This document shows, piece after piece, positions 14,792 to 27,507 of a DNA stretch of 64,000 nucleotides. The number at the start of each line of letters is the position of its first letter. The stretch's first letter is position 1. The stretch is from an uncultured delta proteobacterium. GTDB lineage: Bacteria; Myxococcota; Myxococcia; Myxococcales; Anaeromyxobacteraceae. The translations under genes and the position numbers were made by a program. Where the stretch lies: assembly GCA_963766715.1 (NCBI GenBank), contig CAVYBH010000008.1, forward strand, positions 576,001 through 640,000. The letters are read 5' to 3'. The notes below the pieces were generated by a model. It did not search any database. It saw only the letters and a program-made list of their open reading frames with translations, and was not told the DNA's origin.

Positions 14792-14889
14792 ATGTCGCCG
14801 TCCCGGGACGCCGAGTCGGGTTTCCCCGACACCCCCTGCTCCCAACCCCCCGGAATCACGAGGCCGCCCGGTTGGCAGGGCGGCTGCAT
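14792..14889 (+). promoter_or_regulatory. Sigma54 promoter with an upstream enhancer-like inverted repeat
   Basis: TGGCAGGGCGGCTGCA at 14873-14888 (GG-N10-GC). Upstream inverted repeat GTCGGGTTTCCCCGACA at ~14815-14831 and a weaker TGTCG copy at ~14793. Confidence 0.6.
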
Positions 14890-14936
14890 TTGCCTCCTAC
14901 GTCTTTCAACTCTCACGCAGTCCAAGGAGCCACACC

Positions 14937-15242
14937 ATGAACCGCAAGACCCCCTCCGTCATCGGCGCCGCCATCGGACTCGCTCTCTTCCTCGCCATCG
15001 CGCTGCTCCCGGCCCTGCTGTACGGCGGCTACGCGGGCGTGCTGCTCGCCGGCGGGATCTTCGGCACGCCGGTCCAGCCCACCTTCCTCGTCCGCGCCCT
15101 GATCGTCTTCGGGATGGTGATGGGCGCCCTGGGCGTCGGCTCGCTCTTCGCGGTCGGTGGCGCTGCCGCCGGCGCCGCGGTCGGCGCGCTCACCCTCTCC
15201 GCGAAGCCCTCCAAGCTGGCGACGCAGGAGACGAAGGCCTAG
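14937..15242 (+). CDS. Small Gly/Ala-rich hydrophobic membrane protein
   Basis: AAGGAG SD, 101 aa with two long hydrophobic segments, its own sigma54 promoter and terminator. Confidence 0.8.
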   Translation: MNRKTPSVIGAAIGLALFLAIALLPALLYGGYAGVLLAGGIFGTPVQPTFLVRALIVFGMVMGALGVGSLFAVGGAAAGAAVGALTLSAKPSKLATQETKA

Positions 15243-15268
15243 CTTCCCGCGGGGAAACGGGGAGGTTC

Positions 15269-15307
15269 GCGGCCTCGGGGGCGACCCCGGGGCCGCATTT
15301 CCTTTTC
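15269..15307 (+). terminator. Intrinsic terminator
   Basis: GCGGCCTCGGGG-GCGA-CCCCGGGGCCGC followed by ATTTCCTTTT. Confidence 0.7.
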
Positions 15308-15400
15308 GGCTCCAACCGTGTAAACGCAACTCGTGCGTGGATCCCCCGACCTGATCCAGCGCAATGCCCCAGGATTCCGAACGTTTATTGTGCCCCGCTC

Positions 15401-15416
15401 AGGCACACCCCCTGCA
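15401..15416 (+). promoter_or_regulatory. Sigma54 -24/-12 promoter
   Basis: AGGCACACCCCCTGCA (GG-N10-GC), ~20 nt upstream of ATG 15438. Confidence 0.6.
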
Positions 15417-15437
15417 CGAGCCGCCCCTCCGGACCCT

Positions 15438-17139
15438 ATGCGCAAGACCTACCTCCTGATCGCCCTCCTGCTGTCGCTTCCCGTGGCCGCCTTCGCGGCC
15501 GACGCTCCCGCCGCGGCGGCCGCGCCAGACCCCAACCAGGCCTGCCTCGACTGCCACGTGGCGTCGAAGCCGGGCGAGGCGGGCGTCCGCCCCGTCGAGT
15601 TCGGCAAGTCGGTCCATGGCAGCTTCGGCTGCACCGACTGCCACGCCGGCTACCAGGCGCCCGGCCCGCACGAGCTTCCGCCGCTCGAGGGCGCCGACGC
15701 CGCGGTCGTGAAGCGCTTCGAGGCGCTCAAGGCCAGCACCGCGCCGCGCGCCTACCTGGCCTGCGGCAACTGCCACGCCGAGGTGACCGAGCAGCTGGCC
15801 GCCTCGATCCACGGCGCGTGGATGAAGAACGACGCCAAGGTGGCCGGCCCGACCTGCGCGAAGTGCCACGGCGTGGTCCACGAGATCACCAAGCCCGTGA
15901 CCGCGCCCGCCAAGGGAGACGTCAAGTTCACCCCGGGTGCACGGGCCATCTCGGAGCGCTGCCAGGCCTGCCACGACGACCCGGCCTTCATCGAGGCCGC
16001 CGGCCTGCAGCACGAGGTGGTGGGGACCTTCAAGGACTCGATCCACGGCCGCCTGGTGGCGGTGGGATCGGGCCGCGCTCCCTCCTGCGCCGACTGCCAC
16101 GGCACCGCCGTGCCCGACGCGAAGGGCGTGCTCCACCCCAACGCCCACACCATCCTGTCGAAGACGGACGCCCGCTCCCCGGTCAACGGGGCCAACCGGG
16201 CGCAGACCTGCGCCCGCTGCCACGAGGGCGCGAACGCCAACTTCGCGAAGCTGGTCACGCACCAGCTCCACGACACCGAGAGCAAGATCCCCCACTTCCT
16301 CCACGTGGTGTTCTCGTGGCTGGCCGCGCTGACCCTGATCTTCTTCGCGGGCCACGTGGGGCTCGATTTCGATCGCCGAGATCCGCCACAAGCTGAAGGT
16401 CCGCAAGACCGGCCACGGCCACGACCACGCGCTCGAGGAGGTCTACGTCCAGCGGTTCGACATCCACCAGCGCGCCCAGCACTGGATGATGCTCACCGGC
16501 GTCATCCTGCTCGGCGTCACCGGCTGGCCGCTGCGCGGGGCCGGATCGCCCGAGGCCATCGAGACCTCGCGCAAGGTGCTCGCCCTCTTCGGCGGGCCGC
16601 ACGGCGCGGCGCTCCTCCACCGCATCGCGGCGGTGATGATCATCATCTCCGGCATCTACCACCTGAGCTACCTGATCCGCTTCGCCGCCCAGCGGAAGCT
16701 GCCGCTCTCGATGCTGCCCGGCCCGCGCGACGTCACCGAGATCCGCGACAACATCCGCTACATGCTGGGCTTCGGCGATCGCCCGGCCTACGGCAAGTAC
16801 AGCTACCTGGAGAAGTTCGATTACTGGGCGGTGTTCTGGGGCATGATCATGATGGTCGGCACCGGGTTCGTCCTCTGGTTCCCGGTCTTCTTCGCGAAGT
16901 TCGCGCCGCACTGGGTGCTCACCTCGGCCCAGATCATCCACGGCGAGGAGGCCACGCTCGCGCTGCTCTTCCTCTTCGTGGTGCACTTCTACAACGCGCA
17001 CCTGAAGCCCTCGATCTTCCCGATGAACTGGGTCTGGCTGACCGGGAAGATGAGCCACGCCATGCTCAAGGAGGAGCACGGCGGGCAGTACGAGGAGCTG
17101 GTCGGGAAGAAGAAGAAGGACGACGACCACCCGGTCTAG
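15438..17139 (+). CDS. Multiheme cytochrome c (7 CxxCH) fused to a cytochrome b membrane domain (CbcL-like architecture); frameshift near 16370
   Basis: Signal peptide; CLDCH, CTDCH, CGNCH, CAKCH, CQACH, CADCH, CARCH; a TM segment; then VQRFDIHQRAQHW, LLHRIAA, KYSYLEKFDYWAVFWG, IIHGEEA, VVHFYNAH. Confidence 0.88.
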
Positions 17140-17183
17140 CGTCCCGCGTCCGGCGCCCCCCGGGCGCCGGCGATTCATTGCGG

Positions 17184-17220
17184 CGGCCTGCTCGTCCCCT
17201 TCGCGGGGACGGGGGGCCGC
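17184..17220. terminator. GC-rich hairpin between convergent genes
   Basis: CGTCCCC-TTCGC-GGGGACG core with flanking pairing. Confidence 0.4.
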
Positions 17221-17264
17221 CGTCCTCGTTCCGGGAGTCCCGGGCCGCTCCCGCCGGAGGTCCG

Positions 17265-17595
17265 CTAGAGGCCGGCCGCGCGCGACCCGCCGTCCGGGCG
17301 CCGCACGGGACGTCGGGATCATGGAGACCGCGAAGAGGGCGGCCCCCACGAACCCGTTGCTCACCCGCGCCGCGAAGGAGACGTCGGGCAGGAGGATGGC
17401 CGCCCAGAAGAGGAAGAAGGCCAGGCCGGAGATGACCAGCCGGAGGTTCATCCGCCCCGGCGAGGCGAGCGAGAGGCCGGCCACGAGCAGCGCCAGGATC
17501 CAGCAGAGCATGAACGACTCCCCGCTCTGCGGGAACGCGAACGTCGAGATCATGAGCCACGAGCAAAGGGTCGCGATGATCGCCATGAAGCGCAT
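17265..17595 (-). CDS. Small ~4-TM membrane protein; 3' end uncertain
   Basis: GGAG SD then MRFMAIIATLCSWLMISTFAFP...; four hydrophobic segments; probable frameshift near the stop. Confidence 0.6.
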
Positions 17596-17701
17596 GTGGG
17601 GTTCCTCCGAGTAGGACCTGCCGGAAGGTTCCGGAAAACCCTCACCGTCCGTCAAGACGCAGGGCGCCAGATTCGGGAATCTAGACGTCGACTCCGCCGC
17701 T

Positions 17702-18593
17702 CTACTTCCGGCGGGCGACCGTCCGGAAGGGGTGGCAGGTGGCGCACCCCTTCGACTCGGCGTGCTTCTCGGCCGCGGCGTGGCACTTCAGGCACTCCGC
17801 CTTCCCGGCCACCCAGAGGTGGGGGGCGTGGCAGGTGGCGCAGCGCTGCCGGAGGTGGCGCGCGTGCAGTCCGGCGGTCTCGGTCACCACGTGGCAGGCG
17901 GAGCAGGCGACGATGGCCTGCGCCGGGGTGTCCGCGTGGGGCTTGTGGCAGGTGCCGCAGTCGAACTGCATGGGCGCGGCGTCGGAGAAGCGGGCCGGGT
18001 GGACCCCCTCGTTGCGGTGGCAGCGCAGGCAGTCCCGCCGCGTGGGCAGGAGCCCCGGATCCGGGGAGAGGAAGTCGTGGCAGACGAAGCAGTGGAGCTT
18101 CGCCATGCCCTGTGCACGGACGGTGTGGGTGCCGTGGCACTTCTTGCACGCGTCGGTGAGCGGGTGGAACCCGTGCATCCCCTCGGCGTGGCAGGTGACG
18201 CAGGCGATCCCCTTCTCCCCGTAGTGAATGCGGTGCCCGCGGGAATTGCCCACCTGGGGCCAGTTCCCGTCGTGGGAGAGGTGGCAGGAGGCGCAGGAGC
18301 CGATCTCGACCGGCGCGTGCGACTTCGACCCGGCGGGCGAGCGGCCCGCCACGAAGGCGCGGAGCATGGCGAGCCCCTGCTCCGGCGTGGCGTGGTGGCA
18401 GCGCTGGCAGGCCACGCTCTTGTGGCTGCCGTTCGCCCACAGGGAGAACTCGGGGCTGGCCCGGTGGCACTGCGCGCAGAGGCGCGGGATCGGAGTCGAC
18501 GAAGCGCTTGAGGCGCCACGCCGCCATGCCCGAGGCGAGCAGGAGCAGGGCCCCGATGGTCCCGAGCGCGATAAAAAGGGGCCTCCGCTGCAT
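17702..18593 (-). CDS. Membrane-anchored 12-heme cytochrome c; frameshift near 18490
   Basis: N-terminal TM (LFIALGTIGALLLLASGMAAW), then CAQCH, CQRCH, CASCH, CVTCH, CKKCH, CFVCH, CLRCH, CGTCH, CSACH, CATCH, CLKCH, CATCH. Confidence 0.9.
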
Positions 18594-18632
18594 GGGGGTG
18601 GCATTCTAGTCGAACGCTCCCGGGCCCCGATA

Positions 18633-20095
18633 GTGACCCTCCGACTCAAACTCTTCGTCCTCATCGCCGGACTCGTGGTCTTCGCCACCACGGGCGTGAC
18701 CGCCGTCGCGCTCTGGCGCGACCTCCTGCGCGGGCAGGAGCTCTTGCTCCGCGAGGGCAGCGCCATCGCCGCCTCCTCGGCCCCTTCCGCGTCGCGCTGG
18801 CTCCTTCCCAGCGGCGTGGAGCCCGGCGGCCGGGAAGCGCTCGAGGCCTTGGTACAGCGCGTCATCGGCGCCGGTCCCTTCGACCGGGTCTGGGTCGTGG
18901 ACCGGAGCGGTCAGCTCGTGGCCTGCGCCACCGCGACGCGGGAGCCCTGCCCGGAGCACGCGCCGCCCTCCATCTTCCAGCGCGGGGCCACGCCGCTCGA
19001 GGCGCTGCAGCGCCTGCTCTCGCCGGAGGGGATCGTGGCCAGCGCCCCGGTCCTCCGCGAGGGCGAGCTCGTGGGGGCCTTCTACCTCGACTACAACCAC
19101 GAGGAGGTGGTGGGCGACGCCCGCCGGCTGGCCTGGGGCGTCGCGGTGGTGGCCGCCTTCTGGATCGCGGTGGGCCTCGCGCTCGCCAGCTACTTCCTCT
19201 ACCGGATCGCCCGGCCCCTCGAGCAGGTCGTGGAGGCCTCGGAGCGGCTCGGCGAGGAGGGCGGCGTCCAGCTGCCCGTGCCCCCGGACCGGGAGCTGGC
19301 CGAGCTGGTGACGGCGGTGAACCGCATGTCGCTCCGGCTCGAGGAGCGGCGCCAGGAGAACGAGCGGCTCATCGCCTCGCTCGAGGAGCGGGTCTCCCAG
19401 AAGACGCGGGAGGTGCTCCGCGCCGACCGGCTGGCCACGCTGGGCGGCATCGCCGCCGGCTTCGCCCACGAGCTGGGCAATTCACTGAACGTCATTCGCG
19501 GGTTCAACTCGGTGGCCCTGCGCGAGCTCCCCGAGGAACACCCCAACCGGCCCGACCTGGAGGCGGTCAAGCGCGAGGTGATGCGGGCGGCCGGCCTGAT
19601 GGAGCGCTTCCTGGTCTTCGCGCGCGCCCGCCCGGGCAAGGCCCAGGTGCAGTCGGCCGAGCCGATGCTCTCCGAGGTGGTCGAGGTCCTCGGGCCGGCG
19701 GCCAAGACCGCCCGCGTGGCCGTCGAGTTCGCCTGGGACGCGAGCGCCCCGGAGGTCCGCATCGATCCCGAGCTCCTGCGCCAGGGCTTCATGAACCTGG
19801 GCGTGAACGCCATCCAGGCCATGCAGCCGGGCGGGGGCGGCACGCTCCGGATCTCCGGCCGGGGCGAGGGCGACGACCTGGTCGTCGAGTTCCGGGACGA
19901 CGGGCCGGGGATGGACGAGGAAACCCGGGCGAAGGTCTTCGAGCCGTTCTACACGACCAAGGCCACCGGGACGGGGCTGGGGCTCGCCATCGTGCGGCAG
20001 GCCGTGGAGGCCCACGGCGGAACGGTCTCGGTGGAGAGCCGGCCGGGCGCGGGCGCGTCCTTCGCCATCCGGATCCCTGGTTCGAAGGAGGCGGG

Positions 20096-20099
<4 letters not shown>
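18633..20099 (+). CDS. Membrane sensor histidine kinase (HAMP, HisKA, HATPase)
   Basis: Two TMs, FAHELGNSL, NLGVNAIQA, DDGPGM, FEPFYTTK, GTGLGL. Confidence 0.93.
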
Positions 20100-21454
<1,355 letters not shown>

Positions 21455-21467
21455 CCGGCGCCGCGGG

Positions 21468-21972
21468 TCAGCCGTGGGTCAGGAACACCCTCGAGCGCTC
21501 GACGAACGTCTTCAGCTTCCGGATCACCGAGCGCCTGGAGATCCCGACCATCTGGGCGACCTCCGCGTGCTCCCGGCCGTCCACGAAGACGCCCACCGCG
21601 ACCGCCTGGGTCAGGTCGTCGAAGCGGGAGAGGACCGCCCGCACGAGCTGCCGGTCCGTCGTAGCCCTCGGGTCCCTTGTCTCGCGACTCCCGCGTCGAC
21701 ACGAGCTCGTCGACGGCGGCGACCTCGCCGTGCCGGCGCGCGTTCCGGCGGAGGTTCAGGCAGTGGTTCGTGGCCACCTGGTAGATCCAGGGGAGCACGG
21801 TGTCCCGGTCGCTGAGCCGATCGATGTCGCGCAGGAGCTTCACGAAGACCTCCTGCGTGGCGTCCTCCGCCGCCGCCCGGTCGCCGAGCAGGCGGAGGCA
21901 GCGCCGGTAGACCGGCGGGCCGAGTTCCCGATAAAGCCGCGACACCTGGCTGGACGACTGGGCTGGCTGCAT
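21468..21972 (-). CDS. ECF sigma factor (paralog 1); frameshift near 21650
   Basis: LYRELGPPVYRRCLRLLGD..AAEDATQEVF, WIYQVATNHCLN; the shifted frame gives the sigma4 segment EVAQMVGISRRSVIRKL; GGAGGAG SD. Confidence 0.85.
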
Positions 21973-22167
21973 GGCGACTCCTCCTCCAGGCCCCTGGCGC
22001 TCTCCCGGGTGCCCCCTTGGCACAACGTGGAGCGCATCGGTCAACTAAGGCTTGCAAGGGAAGATTGTGTGCCCGGCGGCTGGAATGCCCGTCCCGCCGT
22101 CGCGGGACGCCGTCGATTCGTGGCACGTGCAACGTTCTGGAATGTGAGGGATTTCCCAGAAACCGGA

Positions 22168-22213
22168 CCGGGGGAGTGGACCGCGGAAGCTCCTCCGCGA
22201 CCCGCTCCCCCGG
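22168..22213 (-). terminator. Hairpin downstream of the large secreted protein gene
   Basis: CCGGGGGAG...CTCCCCCGG imperfect stem. Confidence 0.4.
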
Positions 22214-22232
22214 CTCCCCTCCGGGCCCCCCG

Positions 22233-24872
22233 CTACGGCTTGATGCTCGTGATCCCCGACGTGGCCGACCCGCCCAGGCTCGACGTGACGGTGACCGAGC
22301 CGACCATCGGCACCCCCACGAACACCACGCTGTAGTTCCCCCTCCCGAGATTGGTCATGACCGTCGGGGCCAGGTTCGGGAGCGTGCAGGTGAGCGTCGC
22401 GGCGCCCGTGGTGACCGACGAGCTGGCGTTGACGGTGAGTCGCTGCTTGCCGGTCCGGTACTCGACGAGGGTGATGGTGATCAGGTCGGGCACGGACTGG
22501 ACCGTGATCGTCACCTGCGCCGGGGTCGACACGATGAAGCCGTTCGACACGGTCAGCGCGAGCACGACGCTCTGGGGGCCCGCGCCGTTTCCCACGTTCG
22601 GGGCCACGAAGGTCGGGTTCGCCGTGGTGGCTCCGGTGATCGTCACCTTGGGCCCGGACACCTGCGTCCACGAGTAGGTGAGCGGGAGCGCCTGCGGATC
22701 GAAGCTGGCCGACCCGTCGAGCGACACGGTCACGCCGCTCTTCACCGCCTGGTGCGGGGCCGGCGTTGGCGGTCGGGGCCGTGACGGCGTTCACGTTCAC
22801 GGTCGCCGTGCCCGTCGAGCGCAGCCCGGCGGAGTTCGTGACCGTCAGCGTGAAGGAGAGCGCCTGCGCGAAGGCCGAGCTCGGCGCGGTGAAGGTCGGG
22901 GTGGCGGTGCTCGCGCCGGTGAGGGTGACGGCGGCGCCCGAGGCCTGGGTCCAGCCGTAGGTGAGGGAGAGCGGCGGCGAGTTGGTGTCCGAGGAGGCCG
23001 AGCCGTCAGGGTGACCCGGGCGTTCGCGCCCACCGTCTGCGGGAGCCCGGCGTTCGCGACCGGAGCGGTGGCCGCGGCGGGAACCGGGTTCACCACGATC
23101 GTCACGGTCGACGGCGTGGAGATGGCGAACGCGTCCTGGACGGTGAGCGAGAAGACCAGGCTGGCCGGGGACGAGCCGGTCGGGAACGATCGGAGCCGTG
23201 AAGGTCGGGCGCGCCACCGAGGGGCTGGAAAGGGTCACGGTCGTCCCGCCGGTCTGCTTCCAGGAGTAGGTGAGCGACTGGCCGTTCGGATCGGAGGACT
23301 GGCTGCCGTCGAGCGTGACCAGCGCTCCCGGAGGCGACGGTCTGGCCGGCGCCGGCGTTGGCGGTCGGCGGGACGGGCGTCGTACCGGCGCAACTGGGCG
23401 CCGTCGGCGCCGGGCTCCCGGGCCACGGGCTGAGCTGCCCGACGATGCCGCCCGGTACGCCGTTCGGGCCGCCGCCGGGCCACGGGCCGGAGCCGTTCGC
23501 GAGGAACGGGAACTCCTGGAAGTTGAGCGGCACCACCGGCCCACCGACGGCGAGGTTCTCGGGGAAGAGGTACTCGGTGATGGGTGCGTGGTACTGCCCG
23601 GCGGAGAGGCCGTTCGCCGTGACGAAGGGCTGGGAAGGCGTCAGCCGGGCCCGGACCTCGCGCGTCGCCGGCAGGAAGACGCCGGTGAGCGGCATGGAGA
23701 GGACCTTCGTCGGCGGCCGGAAGCGCCAGCGCCCGAACACCGCGCCCACCGGAGGTCCGGGATCCACGGCCACCGATCCCCAGTCCCGGTCGGTCTGGGC
23801 GCCGGTGCACGGGTCGACGTCGATCCCGTAGAGGTAGATGGTGCGGCTCGGGTCGGTCGTGAAGCCCTCGAACCGGGTCCGGGCCGTCGCCTCCTGCGGG
23901 ACCCCGGCGATGGGCGCGCCGCCCGACGCCGAGGATGGTGACGTCGATGGCCACGTAGGCGGGGTCGATGCCGTAGGCGGTGAAGATTCCCACGTTGGCG
24001 ACGACGCTGTAGGCCGCCACGTAGGACGAGGCGACGCCCGCGAAGGCGCCGGCCGTCGGAGACGTGCCGTCCTTCACCAGGATGCCGGAGTAGGTCACGT
24101 AGTCCCCGACCTCGAACGGGGCCGCCCGGTTCGCGTCGGGCATGACCCCGAGCGCCGGGTCGGGCGTGTGGAAGATCGACAGGAAGCCACCCGTCGTCGG
24201 ATCCCGGGGGCGGTTTCCCTGCGGACAGAGCCAGTCGTCGAGCGCCGCCGGGTCGGTCCGCGGGATGCACATCGGGTAGCCGGTGGTGGCCCGGACGGTG
24301 GGATTGTCCTCGTCGATGGTGAAGCGGACGTCGGGGCTGGTGACCCGCCCGAAGCGGCCGATGGGGTCGTTCAGCCGGACGCGCTGGCCCGTCGACGGGT
24401 CGCCGATCACGCCGCCGACCCGGAACTCGCCGGTCGAGTAGTCGATGAAGTTCACCCAGCCCTGCCCGGCGTTGAGCTCGTCCTGGGTCACCGAGACGAG
24501 GCCGGCGATGTACTGGTCGCCCACCCGGTTGCCGGTCACGTGCACCTGCCACGTCGTGGTCGGCGCGGGGAGGTCGGCCTGCGCCATGCCCGTCTGGTTC
24601 GGGCCGTAGGGAGCGGGCGCGAGCCGGAAGAGCTCCTGCCAGGTGAGCGCGGTGGCCGGGAGCAGGACCACCGTGTTGCGGGGAATCGTCACCACCTGCC
24701 CGTGGACGGTCACGGTCCCGCCGGCCAGCGAGTCGCTTCCCCCGAGGGTCGCCGACTGGAGGACGCCGATCATGTCGAACGGCGACACCGGCTGCGGCGG
24801 CGGCAGGGCGGAGGCCGGCGCCGCCAGCAGGGCGAGGACGGCGATCCGGGACGCGTGGAAGCGGAGGTGCAT
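22233..24872 (-). CDS. Large secreted protein A: unrecognised N-terminal domain, 3 PKD/K319L-like repeats and a C-terminal beta module; several frameshifts
   Basis: Signal MHLRFHASRIAVLALLAAPASA; repeats of the form P.ANAG..QTV..G..VTLDGS.S.DP...LTYSW.Q..G..V........PTF.AP; tail EYRTGKQRLTVNASSSV. Confidence 0.8.
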
Positions 24873-25056
24873 GGTGGGAAGGGTGGAGGTGACCGCGCCC
24901 TTCTCCAGTCGTTGCAGGAGGGGACGTTGCGCGCGGTGGAGGACGGGACGGCAAACGTTCGTTTCGTCCTTGCGTCGCGCGACAGGCGCGACGGCCTGGC
25001 CCACCCCACCCTTTTGCTCCAGGCGACGCTGCATCCGGAAAGCAGGGGGACACCAG

Positions 25057-27482
25057 ATGTCGAACAGGACGCGAAGGGGGCTCGCATGTGCGGGGGCCGC
25101 CCTGGCCCTCGTGGCCGGACGAGCCGCTGCCCAGACCTCGGTCACCACGCCGCTCTCGGCCTCGGACCTCCGCTTCGCCGCGCAGAACGCCGGCGTCACC
25201 TCGCTCGGAGCCGTGACGGTCCCCGAGCCGCCCAACCTCGCGACGTACGTGCGCGATCGGACGAAGCTCCTCCAGCTCGGCAAGGCGCTCTTCTGGGACC
25301 AGCAGCTCGGCAGCGACGGGCAGGCCTGCGCGTCGTGCCACTTCCACGCCGGCGCCGACAACCGCTCCAAGAACCAGATCAACCCGGGCTTCCGGAGCAC
25401 GGTCGTCCCCGGCGGCGACCTGGCGTTCGGCAACAACGGCAGCGGCGCCCCGGCCCCAGTCCGGCCTTCGGCCCCAACCGGCAGCTCACCGCCGCCGACT
25501 ACCCGCTTCACCGGCTCGCCAACCCCGCCGACCGGACCTCGGCGGTCCTCTCCGACACGAACGACGTGGTCTCGTCGCAGGGGGTCTTCGGCGCCCAGCT
25601 CGTGAAGATCGGCGTGCCGTACGACTCGGGCGTCCCGTCCACGGGCGCGGGTCCCGGCGCCACCTTCAACGTCGGCCGGCGTGCTGGTCCGGAGCGTCGA
25701 GCCGCGCAACACGCCTTCGGTGGTGAACGCGGTGTTCAACGACCGCAACTTCTGGGACTCGCGCGCACGCGAGGAGTTCAACGGCGTCGACCCCATCGGC
25801 CAGCTGGACGGGACGGCGCAGGTGGTCGAGGTGGTGAAGCTGCCCGGCTTGAACGCGGGCGCGTTCCTCCATCCGATCCGGATCACCCTGGCCTCGGCGG
25901 CCTCCCAGGCGGTGGGCCCCCCGACGAGCGACCTGGAGATGTCCTTCGGGGGCCGCCGCGGCGCCGATCTCGGGCGGAAGATGCTCTCCACCAACCTGAA
26001 GCCGCTGGCGCTCCAGCTCGTGTCCACGACCGACGGCGTGCTCGGGTCGCTCTCCCGCGCAGACGGCGAAGAAGAACACGCCGGGCATCACCACCACCTA
26101 CCTGGCCCTCGTCCAGGCCGCCTTCCTGCCCCAGTGGTGGGACGGGGGAAAGTGGAGCGTGGACCTGAGCTCGGGCTCTCCCGTCCTCCGCAGCAGCGGC
26201 ACCACCGGGCCCAACGTCTTCACGGTCGCCGAGTACAACTTCTCGCTCTTCTTCGGCCTGGCCATCCGCGAGTACGAGGCCACCCTGGTCGCGGACCAGA
26301 CCCCCTTCGACCGGTTCATGGAGGGCGACAACGGTTCGCTCTCTCCTGCCGCGGTGCGCGGCCTGCAGACCTTCCTCGGGAAGGCCAGCTGCGTCCGGTG
26401 CCACGGCGGTCCCGAGCTCTCCAACGCCGGCGTGACGAACATCCAGCGGCGCGGGCTGCTCGTCGAGCCCGGGGTCGGCACGCACGACCTGCTCGAGCGG
26501 ATGGTGATGGGGGACGGCGGCGTGGCGGTCTACGACGCCGGCCACTACGACATCGGCGTCCGGCCCATCGCCCGAGGACCTGGGGATCGGGGCGACCATC
26601 GGACCCGCCAACCTGCCGCTCTCGAACTCCCGGAGGCTCCAGGACTGCCTGCGCGCCCAGGTGAAGGCGGGGGCGACGGTCCAGGCCGGCAGCGCCACCT
26701 GCGGCATCCCGCGCATCCTGGCGCGGCCCGGGGAGGCCGCGGTGCTCCTCCGGCAGGCCGCCGCGGCCCTCGGCAATCCCCACGAACGTGATCGACCTGC
26801 TGAACCTCGCCGCCGACCTGCTCGGGCCCGAGGACGTGCTCCTGTTCACGAGCTCGCAGCCCATGGCGGCTGCCGGGGTGCTGGAGCAGGCTCGCGACGC
26901 CATGGCCGCGCTCGCTCCCGGGAACGCGGCGATCGGCCGCCTGCTCTCGCTCGGCGACGATGCTCCTCCCCGACTCGATCGACCCGGGGATCGACGAGCT
27001 GAACCCGCTCGCGCCTCCCCTCCAGCCCGACGAGCGGCTGGCGGTGGACGGGGCCTTCAAGACGCCCATCGCTGCGGAACGTGGCGCTCACCGCGCCCTA
27101 CTTCCACAACGGCGGCCAGGCCACGCTCGCGCAGGTGGTGGAGTTCTACGACCGCGGGGGAGACTTCCTCGTGGAGAACGCCGTCTCGGCGGATCCGCTC
27201 GTCCGTCCGCTCGGCCTCACGGCGGACGAGCGCTCGGACCTGGTCGCGTTCCTCGAGTCGCTCACCGACGACCGGACGCGCTACGAGCGCGCGCCCTTCG
27301 ACCACCCCAGCCTGTCCTTCCCCAACGGCGGCACGCCCGGCGTCCTCGACATGACCCTGTTCTCCACGGTGGGCGTGCTGGACGACCGCATCCTGCTGCC
27401 CGCGGTGGGAAGCGCCGGCAGCTCCGTTCCGCTCGGGACGTCGCGAACGCCGTACGCGAACTTCCTCGACGCGCTCCGCTAG
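25057..27482 (+). CDS. Large (~800 aa) di-heme cytochrome c peroxidase/MauG-superfamily protein; several frameshifts
   Basis: Signal peptide, LGKALFWD..LGSDGQACASCH, RNTPSVVNA, FWDSRA, ASQAVGPP, QTPFDRF, CVRCHGG, AFKTP.LRNVALTAPYFHNGG..TL.QVVEFY. Confidence 0.88.
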
Positions 27483-27507
27483 GCCCGGGAGGCGGAGCGG
27501 GACGGCG

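Noticed and set aside
24941..24969. Hairpin GGACG...CGTCC as a c-di-GMP riboswitch
   Set aside because: It lacks the second stem and tetraloop-receptor arrangement; recorded only as part of the AACGTT motif.
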